Shown here piece after piece: positions 56,722 to 64,000 of a stretch of DNA of 64,000 nucleotides. The notes below the pieces were generated by a model that saw only the letters and a program-made list of their open reading frames with translations, did no database searches and was not told the DNA's origin. Positions within the stretch are counted from its first letter, which is position 1; every line of letters begins with the position of its first letter. Origin of the DNA: a virus. The translations under genes and the position numbers were made by a program. Where the stretch lies: IMG/VR virus record IMGVR_UViG_3300020200_000009, positions 25,744 through 89,743 of that record; one strand, 5' to 3'.

Positions 56722-57876
56722 ATGCCCAAGCATTCCGACCTGAGCACCGAATCTTTGGTTTCCTATCTCATCCAGAATTATGGTGAGCAGGTTAAGACTG
56801 AGCAAGTGCTTGCTGCTGCTGATTATTTTAATGTTTCTTATCCCACGGTAACTAAACGACTCGACACCTATAAGTCTAGTCGTGGTAAGTGGAATCTTAC
56901 AGTGCAAGAAGCACGTGAGCATCTAGAGACACAAGTCCAATCTATCAATGTTCTTGCGGAAAAGAATTTGATTCCTCAAAAAGATAACCATTTCGTACCA
57001 TTTGGCAATTTTCCTGACCTTAAAAAAGTAATTGCTAGTAAAATTTATTACCCTGTTTTTATCACAGGTCTCTCTGGAAATGGTAAAACTTTTAGTGTTG
57101 AGCAAGCATGTGCTCAGACTGGACGTGAATTGATTCGTGTCAATATTACTGTTGAGACTGATGAAGACGACCTGATTGGTGGTTTCCGTCTTCAAGATGG
57201 AAATACCGTATGGCATAATGGTCCTGTGATTGAAGCATTGGAGCGCGGTGCTGTCCTACTGCTGGATGAGATTGACCTCGCCTCTAACAAAATCCTTTGT
57301 CTGCAATCTGTGCTAGAGGGTAAGGGTGTTTTCCTGAAGAAGATTGGTAAGTATGTCCAACCTGCTGCTGGTTTCAATGTAATCGCCACCGCCAATACCA
57401 AAGGTAAGGGTAGCGATGACGGTCGCTTCATCGGCACTAACGTTCTTAATGAAGCATTCCTTGAGCGTTTCCCTATTACCTTTGAGCAAGAGTATCCTAC
57501 TCATTCAATTGAGGTGAAGATGTTGAATAAGTATTGCGTTGACTTGAATTGCTGTGATGACCAATACATCGACAATCTTGTCAGTTGGGCACAGATTATT
57601 CGTGTGACATTTGCAGATGGTGGCGTTGATGAAGTAATTTCTACTCGGCGTCTAGTGCATATTATTCGTGCCTACAGCATTTTCTCTGACCGTTTGAAGG
57701 CAATCAAGGTGTGTCTTAATCGTTTCGATGATGAAACAAAACAATCTTTTCTTGAGTTGTATAGTAAAATCGATTCTGATATTGAGGTAACCTCTGACGA
57801 TGACGAATCTCCAGAAGAAATGGTGCGTCGTCATGCTCGTGAAAGCGCAGAAAACTTGGGACTAGTTACTTCTTGA
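56722..57876 (+). CDS. cobS: CobS-like / MoxR-family AAA+ ATPase
   Basis: GLSGNGKT, RVNITVETDEDDLIGGFRL, LLLDEID, TANTKGKGSDDGRFIGTNVLNEAFLERF, ISTRRL. Confidence 0.92.
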   Translation: MPKHSDLSTESLVSYLIQNYGEQVKTEQVLAAADYFNVSYPTVTKRLDTYKSSRGKWNLTVQEAREHLETQVQSINVLAEKNLIPQKDNHFVPFGNFPDLKKVIASKIYYPVFITGLSGNGKTFSVEQACAQTGRELIRVNITVETDEDDLIGGFRLQDGNTVWHNGPVIEALERGAVLLLDEIDLASNKILCLQSVLEGKGVFLKKIGKYVQPAAGFNVIATANTKGKGSDDGRFIGTNVLNEAFLERFPITFEQEYPTHSIEVKMLNKYCVDLNCCDDQYIDNLVSWAQIIRVTFADGGVDEVISTRRLVHIIRAYSIFSDRLKAIKVCLNRFDDETKQSFLELYSKIDSDIEVTSDDDESPEEMVRRHARESAENLGLVTS

Positions 57877-57901
57877 CAAAACCCACAACTTCTGGTATTT
57901 T
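57873..57901 (+). promoter_or_regulatory. Sigma70-type promoter for the DUF3310-gp45-gp44 unit
   Basis: TTGACA-17 nt-TATTTT at the cobS stop. Confidence 0.55.
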
Positions 57902-57923
57902 ATATACATACTCTAGCAAACCT

Positions 57924-58211
57924 ATGGCATTCAAGTATTCTGAAGAGACAATTTTAGATGAGTTGAAAACTTATATCTCATCTACATATCAACAGCATTA
58001 TTCATCAGGCGATGATGGTATTCAAACTCTAGATCTCATTGCGGCATGTGGTGATGGAGAAGCATTCTGTAGGAGTAACATCCTCAAATATGCTTCTCGA
58101 TACGATAAGAAAGGATCTGCTCGTCGTGACATTTTAAAAGTCCTACACTATGCTGTGCTATTATTGCACTTCAATGATAAAACCGCCCAATTAGAAACCT
58201 ACAATCAGTAA
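57924..58211 (+). CDS. DUF3310-like protein
   Basis: Start MAFKYSE; Y..HY...IQT.D.I...F...NILKY..RY.KK....D..K..HY pattern. Confidence 0.75.
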   Translation: MAFKYSEETILDELKTYISSTYQQHYSSGDDGIQTLDLIAACGDGEAFCRSNILKYASRYDKKGSARRDILKVLHYAVLLLHFNDKTAQLETYNQ

Positions 58212-58213
58212 TT

Positions 58214-58942
58214 ATGGCTCAAGAAGACGCACTCCGCAATTTGAAACTCAGTAAGGGCACTATTGACTTGCTGAAAAACTTTTCACAGATTAACAAGTCT
58301 ATCCTCATTCAACCTGGTAAATTTATTCAAACTATATCCTTGAATAAAAATATCATTGCCATGAGTGATATTCGTGAGTTAATCCCAGAACGAATGGCAA
58401 TTTATGACCTCCCACTATTCTTGGGAGCACTGTCTCTGTTTAAGCAACCAATGCTTTTCTTCCCAGATGAGAAGAAAGTCATCATCTATGATGAAGAAAC
58501 TAAAGGTAAAACCACGTTTTATTATAGTGACCCCGACATCATTGCAACTCCTCCTGAATTTAATCCTAATCTTCCTGATAAAGAATTGCATTTTGATATC
58601 CCTCAGCAAGACCTATTGCAACTGCTGCAGGCATCTAAGGTATATGGTGTTGAAGACCTTTGTGTATACGGGTATGATGGCGAATACAGCATTTGTGTAA
58701 GAGACAAAAAGAATGAAACTTCTAATGTATTTTCGCTCCCTCTCAAAAAGGTAGTATTTGATAATAACCCAGAAACTCCTTCTGATGCAGACCGCACTAA
58801 CTTCTGTTATTGTTTTAAGGTTGAGAATTTGAAATTGCTTGATGGCACGTATCACGTCTGTATCAGTCGTAAAAATATTGCTAATTTTACATCTCTGAAT
58901 GCTAGTTCTCTTAACTACTACATTGCTCTAGAACCTAATTGA
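58214..58942 (+). CDS. gp45: Sliding clamp gp45
   Basis: KLS..T..LLKNFSQINKSI, IYDL..FL, FKVENLKLL.G.Y.V.IS, YYIALE. Confidence 0.92.
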   Translation: MAQEDALRNLKLSKGTIDLLKNFSQINKSILIQPGKFIQTISLNKNIIAMSDIRELIPERMAIYDLPLFLGALSLFKQPMLFFPDEKKVIIYDEETKGKTTFYYSDPDIIATPPEFNPNLPDKELHFDIPQQDLLQLLQASKVYGVEDLCVYGYDGEYSICVRDKKNETSNVFSLPLKKVVFDNNPETPSDADRTNFCYCFKVENLKLLDGTYHVCISRKNIANFTSLNASSLNYYIALEPN

Positions 58943-58963
58943 TTTCTGCTATAACACTACACT

Positions 58964-59908
58964 ATGTCTGACAATTTTCTCTGGGTTGAAAAGTATCGTC
59001 CTCAAACTATTGAGGACTGTATTCTTCCAGATACAACCAAAGAAGTTTTTCGGGGGTTTCTACAGCAGGGTGAAATTCCTAATCTTCTTTTATCGGGCAC
59101 TGCTGGTGTTGGTAAGACAACTGTCGCTAAAGCATTGTGTGCTGAATTACGTGCAGATTACTATGTTATTAATGGGTCAGATGAAGGTAGATTCCTCGAT
59201 ACCGTTCGCAATCAAGCAAAAGGATTTGCTAGCACAGTCTCATTAACTTCTAATGCTCGCCACAAGGTGCTTATCATTGACGAAGCAGACAATACAACTC
59301 CTGATGTACAACTATTACTGAGAGCATCTATTGAAGAATTTCAAAAAAACTGTCGATTCATTTTTACTTGCAACTATAAGAATAAGATTATTTCTCCGCT
59401 TCATTCTCGATGTTCTGTTGTTGACTTTTCTGTTAAGGGTCCAGAGAAAAAACAAATTGCAGCAGGATTCTTTACTAGAGTAAAGCAAATACTTGATGCA
59501 GAGAATGTAGAATATGACCCTAAGGTAGTTGCCGAAATCATTCAGAAATTCTTTCCTGACTTTCGTCGGACTCTAAACGAATTGCAAAGATATGCATCTT
59601 CAGGTCAAATTGATACTGGCATACTAGCATCAGGTGCCGATATCAATCTTACAACTCTTGCAACCTTCCTAAGAGGAAAAGAGTTTACAAACATGAAAAA
59701 ATGGGTTGCCCAAAATATGGATAATGACCCTATTACAATTATGAGGAAAATCTATGACAGTCTCTATTCGTATCTTGACCCCAAATCAATTCCTGAAGCA
59801 GTGCTTATTATCTCTGAGTATCAGTATAAATCTGCTTTTGTTATTGACCAAGAAATCAACATGGTGGCATTTCTGACTGAAATTATGATGCGGTGTGAAA
59901 TCAAATGA
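58964..59908 (+). CDS. gp44: Clamp loader large subunit gp44
   Basis: LWVEKYRP, GTAGVGKTT, INGSDE, IIDEAD, LHSRC, FPDFRR. Confidence 0.96.
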   Translation: MSDNFLWVEKYRPQTIEDCILPDTTKEVFRGFLQQGEIPNLLLSGTAGVGKTTVAKALCAELRADYYVINGSDEGRFLDTVRNQAKGFASTVSLTSNARHKVLIIDEADNTTPDVQLLLRASIEEFQKNCRFIFTCNYKNKIISPLHSRCSVVDFSVKGPEKKQIAAGFFTRVKQILDAENVEYDPKVVAEIIQKFFPDFRRTLNELQRYASSGQIDTGILASGADINLTTLATFLRGKEFTNMKKWVAQNMDNDPITIMRKIYDSLYSYLDPKSIPEAVLIISEYQYKSAFVIDQEINMVAFLTEIMMRCEIK

Positions 59909-60117
59909 AAAACATTAGACATCAAATCAAATCTCAATGGTATTACATCTTCTGGGGTGCGTGTGCTGTTGCTGTTGTTGGTGGTCAATTCTATGTTGGG
60001 TCTGGTTATCGTGAGATGGCAGAAGCAACTAAGAATAATATCACCACAGTTCAATGTCAGGTACCCTATCAGATTCCCGTTCAACCTTACAGAAATAAGA
60101 CAGGAGAGTTTGAGTGA
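59905..60117 (+). CDS. Small membrane-anchored hypothetical protein
   Basis: 70 aa with one TM-like segment; coupled to gp44 and the next gene. Confidence 0.6.
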   Translation: MKNIRHQIKSQWYYIFWGACAVAVVGGQFYVGSGYREMAEATKNNITTVQCQVPYQIPVQPYRNKTGEFE

Positions 60118-60782
60118 GACAACCGTATATTACTAAAGAAATATTTCCAGTCAAATGTTACTCATTTAATGCACCAGAGCAGTTAACCCCCTCTGTTTTA
60201 GAAGAATGTAAAAAACTTCAATATAAAAGTTTGAATGAGCCTGCTGGTGTTGGCACATCTGATGAAATTCAATATCTAGACCAATTTCAAGAGATGCATC
60301 AATGGTTTCAACACTGCGTGGATACCTTACACGTTGACAATGGATGGGAGGTGGACAGATTAGTTGTTAATAAAACATGGGCAAATAGATCTGATGCTCA
60401 TAGTATGCATCATCACGCCGCCCACAGACATCCAATGTCATACCTGAGTGGCATTTACTATCTTACTGGTGGCACTCCTACTGTTTTCTTAGACCCAATT
60501 GATAAAAGAGAGTGGGGTCAGTTTAAACTTGACGGTGGACTTGTAGATGAATCTTTATTTTGGTATCATGGTGGTATAGGAGGTTTAATTATATTTCCTA
60601 GTTATATAGTACATGCATCAGAGCCAAATAATTCTGAGTTTGATAGATATACTATTGCATTTAATACTTTCCCAACAGGACATATAAACTCAGGAGCATT
60701 TGACAGATCTATGGCAAATGTTACAGTTAAGGGTTGGTCTACTTCTGATTTAGGTCCATTAAAATTGAGTGATTTTACATAA
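60114..60782 (+). CDS. 2OG-Fe(II) oxygenase-like protein (TIGR02466-like), GTG start
   Basis: WAN...H.H..S.LSGIYYL...F.DP...G.LIIFPSY..H...N.....R..IAFN. Confidence 0.8.
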   Translation: MRQPYITKEIFPVKCYSFNAPEQLTPSVLEECKKLQYKSLNEPAGVGTSDEIQYLDQFQEMHQWFQHCVDTLHVDNGWEVDRLVVNKTWANRSDAHSMHHHAAHRHPMSYLSGIYYLTGGTPTVFLDPIDKREWGQFKLDGGLVDESLFWYHGGIGGLIIFPSYIVHASEPNNSEFDRYTIAFNTFPTGHINSGAFDRSMANVTVKGWSTSDLGPLKLSDFT

Positions 60783-61624
60783 TGAAGTATTTGAAAACAC
60801 CACTCCGTTATCCTGGAGGTAAATCAAGGGTAGCAGCAATGCTGATTAATAAATTTCCTATCAGTATTGCTGAATTCCGAGAACCATTTCTCGGTGGCGC
60901 GTCTGTAGCACTTTTATTCTCCCAAAAATATCCTGATATCCCCATGTGGGTTAATGATAAGTATGAGCACCTTTACAACTTCTGGGTTTCTCTACAAGAA
61001 AATGGTGACGAATTATCTGATATCCTCGTTGGCATCAAAGAAGATAACAGCACCGAAGAAAAAGCAAAGGAGTTATTCATATCTGCCAAAGAAGAAATAT
61101 CCGAAGCAGATCCTTTTCGGCAAGCTGTGCTTTTTTGGATTCTTAATAAGTGCTCTTATAGCGGGTTGACTGAAAACTCTTCCTTCTCACCACAGGCATC
61201 CAATCAAAACTTTACCACTCGTGGTGCTAGACATCTTAAGGCAGTATCTGAAGTCATTCAACATTGGCATATCACCAATCTAGATTACTCAGACCTTCTG
61301 ATGGACCCAGGATTCGATGAAGGTGAAGCATTTTGCTTCCTTGACCCTCCGTATAAAATCAGCACCTATCTCTATGGCACTAATGCCGAGATGCACAAAG
61401 GATTTAATCACCAGCATTTCGCTGACGTGTGTACTGCTTCTCCAAATCGTTGGTTGGTTACATACAACAACGATGATGAAATCAAAAAGATGTTTCCCAA
61501 CTTTTATCAGGAAGAGTTTCGTATCACCTATGGTATGAAGCACCGTGCAAACAACAAACTCAAGACCGAGTTACTTGTCACCAACTATCGAGCAGTAAGT
61601 CCCTTGCAGCAATTATTTGTATGA
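60782..61624 (+). CDS. dam: D12-class N6-adenine DNA methyltransferase (Dam-like)
   Basis: PLRYPGGKS, EPFLGGAS, DPPY. No cognate restriction nuclease is adjacent. Confidence 0.9.
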   Translation: MKYLKTPLRYPGGKSRVAAMLINKFPISIAEFREPFLGGASVALLFSQKYPDIPMWVNDKYEHLYNFWVSLQENGDELSDILVGIKEDNSTEEKAKELFISAKEEISEADPFRQAVLFWILNKCSYSGLTENSSFSPQASNQNFTTRGARHLKAVSEVIQHWHITNLDYSDLLMDPGFDEGEAFCFLDPPYKISTYLYGTNAEMHKGFNHQHFADVCTASPNRWLVTYNNDDEIKKMFPNFYQEEFRITYGMKHRANNKLKTELLVTNYRAVSPLQQLFV

Positions 61625-62016
61625 GCAAAGAATACGAAATTCCACTCAAAGATTATCTCAACAGTATCAATTTAAAGCAGGGCGATTTGTCGGAAGATGA
61701 GAGGGCAATGAAAAAGTATCCTGGGTTTGTTATTAACAAATGCCTGGCACAACATTTGGATACTGTCATGTATGCTAATCAGATGAATGCTTCACCACAT
61801 CTTGACAATGACCTTCAATATTCATTTTACCTATATAGTATCAGGAAATCTAAAAGATTTTCTCCTTGGGATAAGAAGTCGAGAGATAATGACATTGACC
61901 TAGTGAAAAAATACTATGGTTATAATACTGAAAAAGCTCAACAAGCAATGAAGATTTTGACTAGGGAGCAACTTAAGGTTATTGAAAGTAAATTGAATAC
62001 TGGAGGAAGAAGATGA
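61621..62016 (+). CDS. gp62: Clamp loader small subunit gp62
   Basis: LKDYLNSIN, YP.FVINKCL, RKSKRFSPW, VK.YYGY..EKA. Confidence 0.92.
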   Translation: MSKEYEIPLKDYLNSINLKQGDLSEDERAMKKYPGFVINKCLAQHLDTVMYANQMNASPHLDNDLQYSFYLYSIRKSKRFSPWDKKSRDNDIDLVKKYYGYNTEKAQQAMKILTREQLKVIESKLNTGGRR

Positions 62017-62432
62017 GTGATGAGGTCACTTGGTCTCAAGACATGATGTTAGAAGTTGTGCTAAAGGAACCTGACGACTTTTTAAAAGTGAGAGAAACCC
62101 TCACTCGCATTGGAGTTGCATCCCGCAAAGAGCGCAAACTGTATCAGTCTTGTCATATTTTACATAAACGTGGAAAGTATTACATTGTGCACTTTAAAGA
62201 GTTATTTGCTTTAGATGGCAAACCAACAAATATTACTCAGAATGATGTGCAACGTCGTAATCGTATTGCCACACTAGTTTCAGATTGGGGTTTAATCGAT
62301 ATTGTTTCTACAATTGAGCCTGAAGACCTCGCACCTCTAAATCAAATTAAGGTATTATCTTTCAAGGATAAGAGTGATTGGATTCTAGAGTCCAAATATA
62401 ATATTGGCAAAAAGAAAACTGCTGATGTTTAA
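62013..62432 (+). CDS. regA: Translational repressor RegA
   Basis: EPDDFLKVRETLTRIG, LYQSCHILHK.G.YYIVHFKELF.LDGK, W.L..KYNIG. Confidence 0.96.
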   Translation: MSDEVTWSQDMMLEVVLKEPDDFLKVRETLTRIGVASRKERKLYQSCHILHKRGKYYIVHFKELFALDGKPTNITQNDVQRRNRIATLVSDWGLIDIVSTIEPEDLAPLNQIKVLSFKDKSDWILESKYNIGKKKTADV

Positions 62433-62443
62433 AAGGTACTAAG

Positions 62444-62806
62444 ATGGCTGACCAAACCAAAAGGACACAATGTATGAGCACAGTTGTTAGGATATCAGTT
62501 TTAAGTTGGAGTGCTGCATTACTTACCGCAAGTTATGCAGGATTGCTTGCTAAGATGGACCCAACCTTTATTGCTACAGTATTCACTGCTGCAGCTGCTA
62601 CCTTCGGTGTAGACACCCTCAAAAAGAGTGAAGACAAGAAGGAGGAAGAGGCTAAACCCGATGCTTTACCACCTGTAACTTTGGTTGAAGAGGGCGCCGT
62701 CCGTGCAGAACCATCAATCGAGCCTATCTTCGATGATACTCCAGCGTCTTTAGAGGAGCGGGTTGAAGCATTAGAATCTGATAGACCTCGTAGAGGAGAC
62801 CTTTAA
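62444..62806 (+). CDS. Two-TM membrane protein with acidic tail
   Basis: VLSWSAALLTASYAG and MDPTFIATVFTAAAATFGV hydrophobic helices. Confidence 0.7.
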   Translation: MADQTKRTQCMSTVVRISVLSWSAALLTASYAGLLAKMDPTFIATVFTAAAATFGVDTLKKSEDKKEEEAKPDALPPVTLVEEGAVRAEPSIEPIFDDTPASLEERVEALESDRPRRGDL

Positions 62807-62985
62807 TGTGGATTGCAAAACGCCTGTCTTTTGGCGGTGAATGGGATTATTTTCAAGATAATTATAATGATAGTCCTAAGTGGACTAAAGATAAAACCCG
62901 TGCATTTAAATTTGAAGATGAGCAGACTGCTTTAACACAGTCTAATCTTACTGGTATATATGAAATTTTATTGGAAAAAGTATAA
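62806..62985 (+). CDS. 59-aa hypothetical protein (not in the ORF track)
   Basis: GAGGAG SD; MWIAKRLSFGGEWDYFQDNYNDSPKWTKDKTRAFKFEDEQTALTQSNLTGIYEILLEKV; TAATG overlaps at both ends. Confidence 0.7.
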   Translation: MWIAKRLSFGGEWDYFQDNYNDSPKWTKDKTRAFKFEDEQTALTQSNLTGIYEILLEKV

Positions 62986-63176
62986 TGCAAAAAGTATTTA
63001 ATGTCCTTGCAGTTGCTTCATTCGTGTTAAGTGCCTCAGCGGTTGGTGCTGGGGTCTACGCCTATTTAAATAGAGAAACTTTAATTGAGCAAGCAAAGCG
63101 AGAAATTATTGAGGCAGTAGTGCCAAAAGGCGTAAAAGATTTAAAAGAAAAATTACCTATTAAGTTACCCTTCTAA
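62985..63176 (+). CDS. Small membrane-anchored protein
   Basis: N-terminal TM helix; TAATG coupling at both ends. Confidence 0.7.
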   Translation: MQKVFNVLAVASFVLSASAVGAGVYAYLNRETLIEQAKREIIEAVVPKGVKDLKEKLPIKLPF

Positions 63177-63583
63177 TGGATAAGGACCCCTATATCTATA
63201 GAATCCGTTCAATCGCAAAGGTAGTAGATGGTGACACTATTGATGCTGACATTGATCTCGGTTTTAATATCAGTCTCAGTAAGCGAATTCGTCTTGCGGG
63301 CATTGACACGCCTGAAAGCAGAACAAAAGACGAATACGAAAAGAGACTCGGACTCGAATCAAAAGAGTGGTTGAAGAAACATCTAGAGGGTGCCAAAGAT
63401 ATTCTTATCAAGACCGAACTTCCAGATAGCACAGAGAAGTATGGTCGTATCATTGGACACTTGTATATCAACGGCGGAGAAGTATCAGTAAATAATAAAA
63501 TGATTGACGAAGGATATGCTTGGGAGTATGATGGTGGCACAAAACAAAAAGATTTCTGGTCTCTTTTGAGTAAAAGAAAGTGA
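63176..63583 (+). CDS. Thermonuclease (SNase-fold) family nuclease
   Basis: VVDGDTI, RIRLAGIDTPES, KYGR.IG, N..M..EGYA. Confidence 0.88.
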   Translation: MDKDPYIYRIRSIAKVVDGDTIDADIDLGFNISLSKRIRLAGIDTPESRTKDEYEKRLGLESKEWLKKHLEGAKDILIKTELPDSTEKYGRIIGHLYINGGEVSVNNKMIDEGYAWEYDGGTKQKDFWSLLSKRK

Positions 63584-64000
63584 AAAAATTATTAGCTGCA
63601 GTAACTTTATCTTTAGCTTTTCTTGCCCCAGTACAGGCATCACAAGTCATAAAGAAACAACCAACAGTTGCACCTTATACACCATCAGCGATGGGGTGTA
63701 TGATACTTCTGGAATGCACTGAGGGTGTAGAGCAACTCACAGTAGAGTCGGAGATATTCAAATCTTCAGACTTTGATTTATTCAGAGATGAAATCAAAGC
63801 AATCCTTGTTGGTCTAGATGCTAGTAAGGTGCCTGTGTATCTTGCATCAAGAAGATACTGGATACCAGGAACTATTGGTCTTTATAAACCAGATGCAAAT
63901 CGTCTTTATATTAATGATTATCTTCTCAAAGACCCCAGAGAGTTTCTAGGCACGCTACGTCACGAAGGATGGCACGCTGTCCAAGATTGTATGGCAGGTG
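63580..64000 (+). CDS. Secreted HExxH (zincin-like) protein, 3'-truncated (not in the ORF track)
   Basis: GTG start overlapping the nuclease stop; signal peptide (M)KKLLAAVTLSLAFLAPVQA; TLRHEGWHAVQDCMAG at the window end. Confidence 0.75.
   Translation, partial: MKKLLAAVTLSLAFLAPVQASQVIKKQPTVAPYTPSAMGCMILLECTEGVEQLTVESEIFKSSDFDLFRDEIKAILVGLDASKVPVYLASRRYWIPGTIGLYKPDANRLYINDYLLKDPREFLGTLRHEGWHAVQDCMAG

Noticed and set aside
56722-57876. cobS as evidence for phage cobalamin biosynthesis
   Set aside because: No other cob genes are present, and the sequence is a generic MoxR-type AAA+ ATPase paired with a VWA protein.
1-64000. Alternative genetic code, diversity-generating retroelement, tRNA genes or photosynthesis genes
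   Set aside because: Core genes translate full-length in the standard code. No reverse transcriptase, template/variable repeat pair, cloverleaf or psbA/hli gene was seen.

Overview
This 64 kb window is an AT-rich segment of a T4-like (Kyanoviridae-type) cyanomyophage genome. Every credible gene lies on the + strand, and the many minus-strand ORFs in the track are shadows of real genes. Gene order: giant baseplate/wedge proteins, gp8, a VrlC/DUF4815-like protein, a 2301-aa tail fibre, gp13-gp16, an accessory island (putative internal head proteins, micro-ORFs, a 2OG-Fe(II) oxygenase), gp17-gp23, gp3, uvsY, uvsW, gp55, gp47, gp46, a VWA/HExxH protein, a DenV-like protein, speD, a CobS/MoxR AAA+ ATPase, gp45, gp44, a second oxygenase, dam, gp62, regA and a membrane/secreted-protein island. 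I found no tRNA, intron, intein or CRISPR array. Four signals stand out. (1) Two perfect TTGACA-N17-TATAAT promoters lie on the gene-free minus strand, 28.6 kb apart, each followed directly by the same CAACC-N7-GGTTG palindrome; they are candidate regulated R-loop replication origins or antisense-RNA genes. (2) Synonymous codon choice avoids GAAC/GTTC/GATC/GTAC (GWWC) and GGCC, a set that overlaps known DNA phosphorothioation motifs. (3) Two ORFs look like protease-processed polyproteins of basic peptides carrying several T4-type capsid-targeting sequences. (4) Three copies of an upstream motif sit exactly 49 nt before a -10 box. All annotation is by eye from motifs and synteny; no database search was run.
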